This document shows, in pieces, positions 11,707 to 26,089 of a stretch of 64,000 bases of DNA. Position numbers and translations under genes: made by a program. Origin of the DNA: the human T2T-CHM13v2.0 reference genome, Homo sapiens. Every line of letters starts with the position of its first letter. Positions within the stretch are counted from its first letter, which is position 1. The stretch lies in assembly GCF_009914755.1 (NCBI RefSeq), contig NC_060935.1. One strand, 5' to 3'. Below the pieces are notes generated by a model. It was not told where the DNA came from. It saw only the letters and a list, made by a program, of their open reading frames with translations, and made no database searches.

Positions 11707-12567
11707 AGCATCTAAATATTCTTTTAACTCACATTTGAATCCATTTCACTTTACTATATGTATTTAGGAAAAGTTCTTGTCTCCTGGGCCTCAGTGTCCC
11801 TATGGGTAAAACGAGGGGGGTTGCCTCAGAAAGCTCTCTAAGGGCCCTTTCAGATCTGATCTCCTGAGGTTTAAAACCCCTCAGCTCTTTGTTGCCTTAT
11901 GAAGGGGCCCAGCAACTCCCAGCCTCTGAGCCCAGGGTGATGACAGGAAGGACAGCACCTCCAGGTTCTAGAGTGCTCCCTTGGTGGAGGGGCGGAAAGT
12001 GGAGTGCTCTAGAGGCCTAAGGCAAATCTGCCAGCCAGGGAGGACTGCACACACTGGGCTGTCACTCCTGGGGTCTCAAGATACACTGGGTACCAAGAGC
12101 AAAAGCCTTGAGGTCATGCCATCCTCACATTCCAGTCCACATCCCTCCCTTCAAACAGGCTGCCCTGCCTACTGTCCTCGCCAGTTCTTGTCCCACCATG
12201 AGGCATGGCCTGACACTAGGTGAAAAGTAGGAGGGGATCCTCCCTGGCCCACTCCCCTTGTCCTGGGCCTCACTTTTTAGCTGGTGGAATGCCACAATGA
12301 GCCCCTTCCCCTCTATGCTCCATCATCTTTTCCCTCTCTTGCCTTTTCTGCCTTCCCCCCACCCCAAGCTGGAACTATTGATGTTCTGTCCTGGAATCTT
12401 TCTGGTTAAAGAGGCTTGGATGAAGATGAAATTGGTGCTGGGTGGGAAAGGGTATAGAATTTTTCTCTGAAAGGGCTGCTTTTGTCCAAGGCAAAAGGAG
12501 CAGAACTGTGCTGTGAACGAAGGTTGTCTTATGATGTAGATAAGTATCTGCTTAAAAAAAAAAAGTT

Positions 12568-12694
12568 GGCCTGGTGCGGTGGCACACACCTGTAATCCCA
12601 GCACTCTGGGGGGCCGAGGTTGGCAGATCACTTGAGTCCAGGAGTTGGAGACCAGCCTGGGCAACATATTGAGACTGTCTCTACAAAAAAAAAA
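12568..12694 (+). mobile_element. Alu left monomer (FLAM-like)
   Basis: ggcctggtgcggtggcacacacctgtaatcccagc... followed by an A tail. Confidence 0.9.
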
Positions 12695-12719
12695 TTTTTT
12701 TTTAATTTCTTTTTAAAAG

Positions 12720-13380
<661 letters not shown>

Positions 13381-15214
13381 GAAGGAAAATGAATCATTTT
13401 TAGAATCAGGGCCCGTAAACTGGAGAAGGAGTGTGGGAGAAGCATCCTTGCCTCTAAACATCAAAGCTCATTTTGTCTCTGTTTGAGATTTAGAGATTTA
13501 CCCTGTTGGGACAAAGAGGTAGACACCCATGGGAGGATTGGAGGCAAAGTTACTAGTTCTTTATAATGTAGTGAAAGTTAGTTTTAAAAATTATTTTTCT
13601 TCTAACAGGTAGGGAGTCTTGATTTGGCCAAAGGAGGGACCTATCAGAGGGGCTGTTTTGAACCATGAGCCAATGCTTGAGAGGAAATTCTGAATTGTGT
13701 GAGCCTCTAAATTGCTGGAGAGTTTTTTGCCTGGGGCTAAGGTAGGCTTAGATGCATTAAAGGTAGGCTTTAATGCAGTAAAGAGAGAAGAAATCTCCAG
13801 GGACTTTTGCCTGCTCTGCAGTTCCACTTAGTCAGTGTAGGGAAGGGAGAGGGAGGCATAAGAGAATGTGACATTCTCTTACATTGGTAAGAGATGAGGA
13901 AAATAGCTTTATTTCTGGTATTACTATACTACACAAAGGCCTCAAGTCCAAATGCCAGCTTCCATCTGTAGAAGGAATAATAAGACAATCCCCTGCCTGC
14001 TTACCTTCATCTACCATCAACCTCCCCTCCCACTGCAGAGAGAAAAGAGATGGTCATCAGACAGAGAGGTTCCTTTCTGCCAGCTTACTCTCCATTCTAT
14101 TCACATCCCTGCAGATAAGCCCCCTCCTGCCTCCTTGGGAACTGTGCTGGTTAGTTGTTTTCTGTTTACCCTTCTAAACCCCACTGTCTACTCTTTCTCC
14201 CTCCTGCTTTGCTCTGAGAGGCTGGCCTTTAGGCCATGCATTGACACCAGGATACCTTGCTGGCTAGATTCTTCTAGTTGATATCTATCAATGGAAAGCA
14301 CCAGCACCAACTCAAGGGCAGAAGAGGTATTTATTCCTCCCACTCCCTTCTTGCCTAGTTGCATTTCTGGGAGGGACTGTAGCTACAGCTTCCAAGGTCA
14401 CTGGACTCTAGCAACATTGTCCTTTCAACCTTCTGCCCTTTCACACCTATGGGCATAATGGGATATAATGGCTTCCCACTGTTGCTGGTCTTTAAGTACA
14501 TTAATATCCTTTGTTTATTTCCTTTACCCACTCACACCTCTACAAACAGTCTCTTTCATATGCACTGGAAAATATGCTGCTGGAATCCTAAATGATATAA
14601 GGACTTTGTTCTCCATTATTCTCTCTCTATATAGCTTCATATTCTCTCTATATAGCTTCAATATTCCCTTCACCACTGGTTCTTTCAAATTGTGTTCATT
14701 TTCAAAAGGACTTTCCATTGGCCTTATGTCTGCCTGTAACTACCTCTTCTTAGAAATGTCCTCTAACTCCTGTGAGGCCTACAGATGGAGGCTCACCCTG
14801 CTTTACTACTCACCCTACATTATGAAGGGCCACACAACCCAAAGTGTTGACACCTGGTCTGACTATCTGAAATCCATCCCCAAGCCCCACAAACAGCCAT
14901 CCCTGGGCTATGCCTTAGGTTTGGTGATAGGCATACCAGTGATATGATCCATCCTTGGGCAGAGAGACCTGGGAGGGGCTTGTGCAGTCTTTGAAAATGA
15001 GCTTGGTTCTATTTGGGCAAAGAATTCCTGGGCCTAAAAGGGAATATATAGGCTCTAGGTGAACATGTGTCTCTGTGGCCCTACGGACTCCTGCCCCATG
15101 GAGATGCATAGGGCTGTAGAGAACCCAGACTAGGGACCTATCTAAAGTACATGCCCCAAGCAAGGTTCCTGTTTGGTCTAAGCATGGTACTTCTTTCATA
15201 ACCAAAGTTTTTGA

Positions 15215-16392
15215 AAGTGATGTCTGCCTTGGCTTATTTCATTTAACATAATGTCCTTCCAGTTCATTCATGTTGTCCCAAATGACAAAATTTTATTCCT
15301 TTCTGTGGTTGAATAGTATTCCATTGTGTATGTGTACCACATTTTATCCATCCATATACTTATGGACACTCAGGTTGATTCCATTTCTAGGCTATTATGA
15401 ATAATGCTGCAATAAACAGCAGATACATCTTCAACAAACTGATTTCATTTCCTTTGGATGTATACCCAGTAGTGGGATTGCTGGATCATATGATAGTTCT
15501 ACTTTTAATTTTTTGAAGAATCTATATACTGTTTTTCATAATGTCTATGCTAATTTACATTCCCACCAAAAGTGTGTGAGACATTCATTTTCTCCACATT
15601 CTCACCAACACGTGTCATCTTTTATCTTTTTGATAGTAGCCATTCTAACAGGTGTGAGGTGGTATCTCATTGTGGCTTTAATTTGCATTTCCCTGATGAT
15701 TAGTGATGTTGAACAGTTTTTTATATTCCTGTTGGTTATTTGTATGTCTTCTTTTGAGAAATGTCTATTTAGATCCTTTGTCCATTTAAAAAATTGAGTT
15801 TTTTGCTATAGAATTATTTGCATTCCTTATATATTTTGGATATTAACTTCTTAGCAGATGTGTAGTTTACAAATATTTTCTCTTATTCTGTAGGTTTTCT
15901 CTTCACTCTGTTGATCGTTTCCTTTGCAATGCAGAAACTTTTTTAGTTGGATGCAAACCCGTTTGTCTAATTTTAGTTTTGTTGCCTGTGCTTTTAGGGT
16001 CATATTCAAAATAACTATTGCCCAGACCAATGTCATAAAGATTTTCCCCTATGTTTTCTTCTAGTAGTTTCATAGTTTCAGGTCTTACATTTAAGTCTTT
16101 AATCTGTTTTGAGTTGATTTTTGTATATGGTGTGAGGTAACAGTCTAATTTTATTCTTCTGCATGTGGCTATCCAGTTTTCCCAGAACTCTTTATTGAAG
16201 AGAATATTCTTTTCCCATTACGTGTTCTTGGCATCTTTGCCAAAAATCAGTTGGTGCTAAACATGTAGGTTTGTTTCTGGGCTCTCAATTCTGTTCCATT
16301 GGTCTGTTTGTCTGTGTTTATGCCAGTACCATGCTGTTTTGGTTACTATAGCTTTGTAGTATGTTTTGAAATCAGGTCATATGATGCCTGCA
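15215..16392 (-). mobile_element. L1 (L1MA-like) 3' fragment including the end of ORF2
   Basis: Antisense L1 text such as atacccagtagtgggattgctggatcatatg and ccagtaccatgctgttttggttacta. Confidence 0.92.
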
Positions 16393-17275
16393 GAAGTTCT
16401 TTTGGATAGCATTGACTAGGGTTCCTGAATATGGGAAAATGAAGCCAAAAAGCTGAGGCTGTTGGCCTGCAGAAATGGAAACCTAGAAAGATATGACTGC
16501 AGTATTCAGATATTAAAAGGGCTGCCTAGAGAAAGAAAGTAAGTAATGAGTTCCCTGTTACTAGAAGGAGCCAAGGAATAGCATACTTTACAGCAAGAAG
16601 GGAGATTTTAAAACATACGTTAGATCTTATCACTCCACCCTTTCCTTCAGTCAACAAATATTTAGTGACACCCTAGCATATGCCAGCAGGTACTATTCCA
16701 AGAGCTGGGAATGCTGGAGTAACAAGACATACACAGTTGCTGCCATCCTGGGCCTTCCTATTCCACAGAGAATAAAGTGCAAGCAGGTCCTGCTGGCCCC
16801 TTCATCCTCCCCTCCTTACCTGTACTCCTGCCATCCCCATCTCCTCTCTCCTGTAAGGTGCCAGGTTTCTTCTTACTACTCTAGTTTCACATGTGGTTTT
16901 TCCTCTGCCTTCTTAATTTGTTTAACTCTTGTTCATCCTTCAAATTACAGCTTAAATACTACTTTCTCATCATTCAGTTTTAATCACCTTATATTTTTTC
17001 TTCTTGGGATGATATATATAAAGCATTGCCACTTACTAACTGTGTGACCTTGGGTCTAGTTACTCAGCCTTTTTGTTCCTTAGTTTCTTCAACTGCTTTA
17101 TCTAAAATAGGTATAATAATATCTACCATAAAAGATTGTAAAAAATACATATTCCCTACAACAATGACCAGCCTATATTTAGATACATGAGAAGTTTAAT
17201 GCCTTTACCCCTCAAGAAACAAAATATTCTAACTCCTAATTCTGTACCAGATTTCCTTTTAGATATTGGTGAAGA

Positions 17276-17579
17276 TTTTTGTTTTGTTTGTTTTTTGAGA
17301 TGGAGTCTCACAGTCACCCAGGCTGGAGTACAGTGGTGCAATCTTGGCTCAATGCAACATCTGCCTCCTGGGTTCAAGCAATTCTCCTGCCTCAGTTACC
17401 AAGTAGCTGGGACTACAGGTGTGCAACACCATACCCAGCTAATTTTTTCTATTTTTATTAGAGACGAGATTTCACTATGTTGGCCTGGCTGGTCTGGAAC
17501 TGCTGACCTCAAGTGGTGATCCACCTGCCTTGGTTTCCCGAAGTGCTAGGATTACAGCCGTAAGCCACCACGTTCGGCC
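17276..17579 (-). mobile_element. Alu
   Basis: Full dimer; TSD tggtgaaga. Confidence 0.93.
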
Positions 17580-17803
17580 TGGTGAAGAATACTTAAACCA
17601 ATAATAATAACAGCAACAATGATAGTGATATAGTGATATATGCTTTTATTGAGTACTTACTATGTGTCTGGTACTATGTTAAATATTTTCCATGCATTAT
17701 TTAAAATAATCCCCAAAAGAACCTTATGAGGTAGATACTATTATTATTCCTGCTTATTTAAAGGAGAGGACACAGAAACTGAGGGAAAGTTAATAATATT
17801 AAC

Positions 17804-18521
17804 TGTGGTAGCTTTATATGGTGTTAACTTGACTAGGCTGAACTACACTTTTCAGAATTCCCTCCCTATGTGATTCTAGTCAGGGTAGGCCACAAAAGAA
17901 AGCCTGAGAAATTTGGAGAGTGAAAGAAAAGCGATAGCCCTGTTGTAGCCACTTCACTGGAACGAGGCAGCAGCTGGGCCTGCAAGTGCTCCATGTTCCC
18001 CAGCTTTCCTGACTCCAGAGCCAGGTGTGCATGTTTAGCCATATGAAGAAAGGCCTGGGCTTTGGCAGGACTTCCACACTCACTCACAAGGATGGGGGCA
18101 GCAGGGACTGACCAGTGTGGGTTTTAGTCTGTTCTCATGGGCTTCCAGCTCATGCTGGTGGGTTCTATCCTGCTCTTGATCTCCCCTTACTTTTCATCCA
18201 CCATTCCTTCTCGACTGCCTGCCCCGTGGACCTCGCGCACCAGCATTAGATGTGAAGGTGACAGCCTTATGGAAAATGCTTAGCTGGCTCTCACAATTGT
18301 ATCAGGTTAAACTCCTGTAACAAATCTATATACATATATATGGATATGGATATATAATATATATGCTACATATGTACTACATAATACATAGATGATATAT
18401 ATGCTACATATATTATGTATGATATATATGAGGTATATATGAGGTATAGTATCTTTGTAAGATATATATGTATGCATATATTTTATTCATTCTGAACCTC
18501 TAGTTGAATCCTGACTGGTAC
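17804..18521 (+). mobile_element. MLT2-type ERVL LTR with an internal AT-rich simple repeat, inserted in a MIR
   Basis: Begins tgtggtagc...aacttgactaggct and ends gaatcctgactggtaca; MIR halves on both sides. Confidence 0.65.
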
Positions 18522-19159
18522 AGTGCCCAAGGACACACAGAGAGTAAATGCCAGAGCTGAGGCTTGGAACTCAGTAGTCTGCCCCAGAACCAATGTTCAT
18601 AACCATTATTCTATACCAACTCAGAACCACTCTCTAAGAAAGTTTTGGGATTTTGGAGGTTGATGAGAGTTGTCTGTGGTTTCAATTAATCTGGGGCCTT
18701 CTTCTTCCTTGAAATACTAACAGGGATTAAAACCTCATTATACTCATAAGCCAAGCCAAACTGACACCCAGAAGGCATTCAGCAACAAATAAAGTTTCAC
18801 TGGCTTATAAAAATCAGGAATTCCACTACTACTACCACTACTACAACTACCAGTACTACTACTACCAATGATGTGACCACATATTTAGCACTTACAGAAT
18901 TCCAGGTACTGTTCTAAGTGCTTAGATGTCAACTCATTTAATCTTTACAGCAATCTCAATAAATGAATGCAGCATTTCCAGCACCTACTTATTCACAGAA
19001 GTAGTTATTAGATTTTTAAAAAGTGAACTTTGTGAGGGCAGGGGACCAAGCATGTGGGAGAGATCTCAGATTCCTGCCCTGACAAAGGGAGATTAAATAT
19101 GAATTCCAGTTCTACCTTGGCTCCAGTTTGAAGTACATATATCTCAAGTGTCTAGTACA

Positions 19160-20250
19160 TATCTATCAGTCAGGATGCTTTTGACTGCAAGTGGCAAAAG
19201 ACCCGTCCAAAAATAGAATAAACTCTAAAGAAAAATTATTATTTCACAAAACAAGAAACCCAGAAGGAAGGTAATCCCAGAAGGAAGAATCCCAGACAGA
19301 CAGAGAAGGGATGGTGGATAAGAGTTCATTAATTCATCAGCTTGTTGATAGCACCAAAGACTCAGGTTCCTTCCTTCTCTGCTCAGCCATCTTTAGTGTT
19401 TGAATTGTCCTCTTTGGCTGGTTCCCAATTGGTCCCTGATGGCTGCCCCCCTCCAGGCATCATAAGCCAGTGACAATGTTCAGCAGAAGAGAAATGAGCC
19501 AATTTATTCTATTCTCCTTCCTTTTATCAGCAGGGAAAATCTTTTCCAGAAGTGCAACCTAAGGATTGCTTTTACGTCATCAGTCAGAATAGTGCCAATT
19601 GACCAGTCAGTGGCAAGGAAAATGGAATCACCATTATTTGATTAAACAGATCAAGGTTCACCTCCCTGGGGCTAGTGAAGGGCCCAACTTCCTGGAAACA
19701 TGTGCATGTTATTAAGGAAAAGGGGGGTGTAGCTTTGGGTAGGCAACAGACAATGCCTGTTACTGCGTATTAAAGCATGATTTGTGAAATATGCTCTACC
19801 CAAAGCTAGAACCAGGGCTGAGTCTTAGTAGCTGCCCTTTATCACTGTGTCTCACTTCTGGTTTTTGTTCGTGGTTTCTTTACTCTACCACAGGTACTGC
19901 TTATGCTCACTAATACCCATTCTTTTCTTCTTTACGGGCACACAGTTAGACATTTCCTGGCTTCTCTTGCAGTTAGATAGAGCCATGTGACTATGTTCTG
20001 GCTAATAGAACGTAGGTAGAAGTGATGTACACCACTTTCAGGCCTGGCATACAAAATTCCCAATATACACTTCTTTGTTTTTTCTCCTTCCAGTGGGATA
20101 CTACATGTTGGGGTGGCAGTGGTACAAGAAGGAATGAACCTGGATCTCTGAGTTACTTAGGAGAGCCACCCACTTTGCATCAGATTGCAGCATGGGCAAG
20201 AAACAAGCTTTTCTTATAAGATTTTGGAGTTATCAGAGAATTCATCCTAC
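19160..20250. mobile_element. Old MLT1 (MaLR) LTR fragments
   Basis: tcagtcaggatgcttttgactgcaagt; ttgcagttag...gccatgtgactatgttctggctaat. Confidence 0.55.
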
Positions 20251-21059
20251 ATTGACTTATGTACTCATCAAAATCATATTCCTTGTGACTTGTGTTTTGA
20301 GAACAGGGGTTGTCAATCTGGAGTGCAGGTCTCATGCTACCAAGGTGGTTATCCAAACATGCATCCAATTTTTAGATCCTCTCTGTGAAATCCCTTTCAT
20401 GTCAGCCTTACTTAAGCACTTCTAGTGACTGGGAACTCATTATATCTAGCAAGAGATAACCTCTAGTAAGAGATAGCATATGGACTAAGGATGACAACTA
20501 GATTTCAGCTCATGTGCTGAATCTCACTAATTTGTAGAGATTCAGCACATGAACTGAAATAGATTCAGCACACTGTGCAAAGAAGGATTCTGAGGCCAAC
20601 TCTGAGTGGTATGGAAAAAACTTCTACTGTTAATTAATAATGCCTTCCAAGGCTCTGAAGGCAGAAGTGGTGGACTCATGCCCCCATATGGCACCTCTGG
20701 TCTAAGCAATGGGGAGAAATTTCATAGGAAGGAAGTTTGCCATTAAATAGCAGGACTCAGGGGACTGGATTTGGGGATTATAATAAGAACAGTTGCAGCA
20801 ATAATGATGGCCTCTATTTTAGGGAGTACTGTGCTAGTGCTTTATGTATTTTATTTCCTTGTCTCCTCATAAGTCCATTTTATAGACAAAGAAACTGAGG
20901 CTCAAAAAGTATAAAGTAGCTTGCAAGGGGTCATGTAGCTAATTTAGTGGCAGAAGTGGATTTGGACCTGGAATGATCTAACCCGAAGTCTGTGTTCCTA
21001 CTTAGCAGCCTGAACTGCCTATGGGACTGGGGAAAGGACTGGTTATGGCAAAGTTTTTT

Positions 21060-21630
21060 TAACATCATGTGGAGCCATATGGTATATTGTAGGATGTTTA
21101 ATGGCATCACTGGCTTCTACCCACTAGATACCAGTAGCACATCTCTCAAACACCTCATCATGAGAGTCAGAAATGTCTCCAGTGATATGGTTTGGCTGTG
21201 TCCCCACCCAAATCTCATCTTAATTGTAGTTCCCATAATCTCCACCTGTTGTGGGAGGGACCAGGTGGTAGGTAATTTAATCATGGGGGTGGTTACCCTC
21301 ATGCTGTTCTCGTGATAGTGAGTTCTCACGAGGTTTGATGGTTTTATAAGGGGCTGCCCCACCCCACTAACTGTCATTCTTCTCTCTCCTCTCATCATGT
21401 GAAGAAGGACATGTTTGCTTTCCCTTCCACCATGATTGTAAGTTTCCTGAGGCCTCCCCAGCCATGCTGAACTGAAAGTCAATTAAACCTCTTTCCTTTA
21501 TAAGTTACCCAGTCTCGGGTATGTCTTTATTAGCAGCATGAGAATGGACTAATACATCCAGAAACTGCCAAATGTTCCCGGGTGGGGGTGGGGGGCAGCG
21601 CTATTTGCCCCATTTGAGGATGACTAGGTT
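21060..21630. mobile_element. MER20 DNA transposon, split by a THE1 LTR
   Basis: ttgtaggatgttt...ctacccactagataccagtagc...aaatgtctccag|aaactgccaaatgt. Confidence 0.7.
21183..21556 (+). mobile_element. THE1 solo LTR
   Basis: tgatatggtttggctgtgtccccacccaaatctc...ggactaataca; TSD TCCAG. Confidence 0.93.
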
Positions 21631-22080
21631 AGAGGATAGCAAGCCCTGCACTTGGAGCAATTCTGGTTCTGGGCAGGCCATGAGCTGGGAAGGGACTGAA
21701 GAATGAGAAGGTGACCACAAAGGGTCAGTTATGGAAACCCAGAAAGCAAGGGCCAGTCAGGGTAGTCTGGGAGTGTTTGTCACCAGAAGAAGGCAACTGG
21801 AGGCTGAGTCCTCTAGGCTAATGCACTAAGTCTCCTAGATGTTTCCTGTTGAGGGGCAGGACTGAATAGGGCTGAGCTTGCTGGAGAAGATTCCTGTGGC
21901 CCTCAATTGTAGGTGAAGGAAGGATGTGACGGGAGAGGGATTTTAACCAGACTGGTCATCCTGAACACTCCTGAGCGTCTGTCACTGCAGATGCATCTAG
22001 CCATCAGTACATACTAAACGGGAGTTTGTTAAATAAATGATGAAAAACCAGAACAAAGGAAGGGAAAAATGGAGTTGCAC

Positions 22081-22382
22081 TTATTATTATTTTTTTTTCT
22101 GAGACAGTTTTGCTCTGTTGCCCAGGCTAGAGTGCAGTAGTGCAATCTCGATGCAATGCAGCCTTGACCTCCCAGGCTCGAGTAATCTCCGACGTCAGCC
22201 TCCTGAGTAGCTGGAAATACAGGTGCGTGCCACCATGCCCAGCTAATTATTTTTGTATTTATTGTAGAGATGGGGTTTTGCCATGTTGCCCAGGCTGGTG
22301 TCAAACTGCTGAGCTCAAGTGATCCACCTGCCTCAACCTCCCAAAGTGCTGGGGTTACAGGTGTGAGCCACCACATCCAGCC
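22081..22382 (-). mobile_element. Alu (AluJ-like)
   Basis: Dimer; TSD gagttgca. Confidence 0.9.
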
Positions 22383-25300
22383 TGAGTTGCATTTATTTTT
22401 GAGAAAAAATGTGATATCAAACAATATTCCTGAATAACCACTAAACCTGTAATTGGCAGATACTTAGCAGCAAATTTTAGACATTTGCTGAAAAGTATCA
22501 GGGTTAGGGTGAGAGGAAAGGGGGTGTGGCATTTTTAATAAAAATTAATTGCTACAATTCAATATGTTTGCTCAATGCCTCTTTTACTTTTCAATGGAAG
22601 TCTACTTTTTATGAAAATAGAGATATCCTCTGGAATAACAGAAAGGAAAAGAAAATTGCAAAAAAATATAAATGGTATTTGGCAAAAAAAACATAATTTT
22701 TCTTGTAGTTAGCTGAATGAGTGTTTATGAATTTTAATTCTTAATAGTTATTTTGCTTTATCTTATTTTTAAAAAGTGAACAATTTCCTAATATGTATAT
22801 GTAGTTAAAATATGTTTCAAAGGCTTTCTCAAATTCAGAGCCTCTAGAGGGACTGTGGTTAGAAAAGATATTTCTGCCTTCACCAATTCAGAAAGACAAG
22901 CTTTGCCTACAGGGTCATGCCCCTCTATTTTAGGTTGTGTTAAAAGGGGGCACCAAAATACTCAAACTATTTTACTACAAAGCTAACAAACATACCCACA
23001 GCCCCAGTTTCTACTCATGTGTAACTTCTGACCCTTTCTCAAAAAACTGAGTACTATGATTACTAGGCGTTGCTTTTTAAAAATAAAGCTTGCATTGTTT
23101 TCTTCCTCTCATTTGCATTTTCATCATAGAACAGTTCACAAATCCATGTTTTTTTCTGCCACCATTGAAGATGTTTTGCTATCAGTTATGTGCAATCAAT
23201 CGCATAAAGCATGAAGAGAGCGGGGCTGCTATTCATACGTTGCCTGTTAATCTAATTACTGAGGTGGGGGCTCCAGAAATAGAGCTGCCCGCATAGAAAA
23301 GCTTTCCTCCCACCTGGTGGATTGTTTAGCCAAGCTTTTTAAATGTGCAGAGTTTTAAAAAGGGGGGACAGGAGGAGGCACGGGTAAAGAAATAAATCTT
23401 TTTTTTTTTTTTTAAGTTTCTATGCAGAGCAACGGAAAGAATTTAGTGGTTGTCAACATGAGTTTAGTACAAAGGTATGGTGTAAAACGTAGGTTCATTT
23501 TGACTGAGCTTCAGGTCACGCAAGTCCAGGGAAACCTGTGCTGCTATTTGTTTTTTGTGTGTTTTAAAAAGAGTTCATAAGACGTTAAGGGAGGGAGATG
23601 AAGTGGAGGGGGCGTCCCAGGGGGATGACGTCTATTAAAGGGTGGATACTTCAGGGGTGTTATTTCCAGAGGCTCTTAGTGACTGATTGTGTGAAAGGGT
23701 AGCTCTGAATGAGCAGCTCCAGCCTGGCTTGATTTTGAACTGGTTTTAATCCTTGATTCCTACAAACAAAATAAAATACCTTGTCGAATAGAGCCCATTG
23801 AGTGTGGATGATGGGTTAGGAGTGGGGGTACGAGATGGCAGCGTGGATGCTTGTTTATCAAGGAGGAGTTGTCCGTTGTTCCTGGAGCTGGTGAAAGGAA
23901 AGACGCCAGAATCTGATGGCTGGGGTAGCATTGATGTGAGGTAATGGGGTAATCGGATTGAAAGAGAGCCATAGTATTTATGTCAGTTCACATTTCGTCA
24001 AAGGAATAATATGAAGTGCTACCTAGCTGAGGCATTGGCCTGGGGGTTCAGTTAGCAAGCATCCAGGCCTCATTGGATTCAAATATAAATTAATTCTCAC
24101 AGGAGCATTGCCTGATTAATCTATTTGCATAATAGTAGAAAAACTGCAGAGTGGTTACTTTTTTTTTCTTCTGCAGGGATTTGGACAAAAAAAAGGTTTA
24201 AATTCATTTGAAAGAAGAGGGTGTGAGAAGTCAGAGAAGCAAAATCCCCCTCTGGGGCTCCCAGAGCTGTTTTCTGGACCGAGAAGAGTTGGAGTTGAGG
24301 GAAGCCCCATTGCCTCAAGAAGTTTAACTCTTCCTAGGAAAAAAAATCACCTTTTTCTGAAGCATTAGGAGTCTTAGCTCTTGGCTCAGATGGTGGGGTC
24401 TTGTTCAGTAGAGGCTCAGGACATCGGCCCGGAGTGAAATATCCCCCCAGGTTTAGGTTCTGGTCAAAGGACATCATAGTTTCAAAAATATATAGGTTCA
24501 GTTCTGTTGTACTCAAGTTCGCTGGGTGTTTCTGAAAAGAATTTCAAGTCTATTTGCTATTTCACTGAGAAATAAGTAATTGGGCTTATAAAACTCAGGA
24601 CATTCATGACCTATTTTGACACAGTGCATTCAATCAGTGAGAACCTGCTGAGCACAACCTGGTGCTGCTGGTGTGTGATGGTGGGTATGACAATGAAATC
24701 TGCGTGTTATTTTTAAAAACCATATTATAAACACAGGATGGATGGAAGAGGACTAAGTGTTCATGAATTTCAGATTTTTGATACCAAAGTTATTTTTTCT
24801 GTAAAAATTTTAACAGAATTTTGAAATATAGCTATAAACATTACTTGGCAAATCCAGCCTTGATTACTTCCAGCCTTTGCTCAAGAAGAAAGACCTTTCT
24901 TTTTCATAGTACTATAGGCACTGTCTTCGGTATTTCTTACTCATTCTTATTACTTTTATTCCCTTATCATTCACTGTTGTGATAAAGAAAGCACCAAAGC
25001 CATTTAGATGCAACTGCCATGTTGGTTCAAAATGCTTCTATTTTCACCAGTTCCAGATGGAGAAACATTACAAACAACAACATGGCAAATCCTATTTTCT
25101 AACTGATCACATGGTTAATTCCAAGTTTTATTTTGAAAACTTCCTGCTATAGTAGAAATGCCTATGGTAGGTGCTTGACAAATGTTCATTTCATTTTCTC
25201 TTCTTGACTATACCCAGAATGACAATTAGATGTCCTTGTTGCTTAGGAAAATCAAGGAATAAGGGCCTAATACCAGCAGAGAAGAAAAGGTCTATTTTAT

Positions 25301-26089
25301 GCACTTCCACTGCTTTAGGAGTGCCCAGCTAGCTGAGGACCCTTTCTTTGAGCTCTGCATATCCCCACCCCCTGTTAAATAAGGGTGAGCCTCCAATAGC
25401 TTTTTTTTTTTAACCCTTTCAGCAGTAATACTAATTTTGTGTTGAAATTAGCCCTCATTTAATGCAAGTCCTGTTCTCTAATTAGTTGGTCATGGTACAC
25501 TCAATACTTCTTTTATATTTACTCTGAAAGAGAGTCACCAACTTTTATGCAAAAGATTATACTACCTACTGAGAGAGAGAAGCTAATTCACTCTCATTCC
25601 CTCCAACATCTTATTACCTATCAGGGAAACAAGACAAATACTTTCCCACACTCATACCCATATATTCCCAATAGCCGAGCATTAGTGGGAAGCCATTATC
25701 CCTGGAGGCCAAAATGATTGTGGTAATCAGATTGTGAAATAGATCGGATAAGGAGAAGTCATTGGGGCCAAATGAGTGCATCACCTAGCAAGCACCAGAA
25801 TGCAAAGAATGGCAAGTGGCCCGTCCTTGCTGCTGCTCAAGCTGGAAGCATAGAAGCTGGAGCACCCTGTTTGGTTTGGCTGTGTGTGGGCCTCAGGGCA
25901 GCTGTGATGCTGCACTCAGTCATGGGTAACTGTGAGAGGTGCTGAACAAAGTGGATGAGTTCTCATGACAGCAAGGAGTCTCAGGGAAGGAAATGAGACT
26001 CATTTCACACGGCCCTAAGCAAGTAAAACTGGGACTGCTAGAAGAACACTGATTTGGCCGAATACAAATATGACTATTTTAATGGCTCA

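Noticed and set aside
13738-14665. Short imperfect tandem duplications (~13740 and ~14620)
   Set aside because: Ordinary slippage repeats with no further structure
14468-14947. 159-aa hydrophobic ORF
   Set aside because: Crosses T-rich degenerate repeat-like sequence and a small tandem duplication; no recognisable protein
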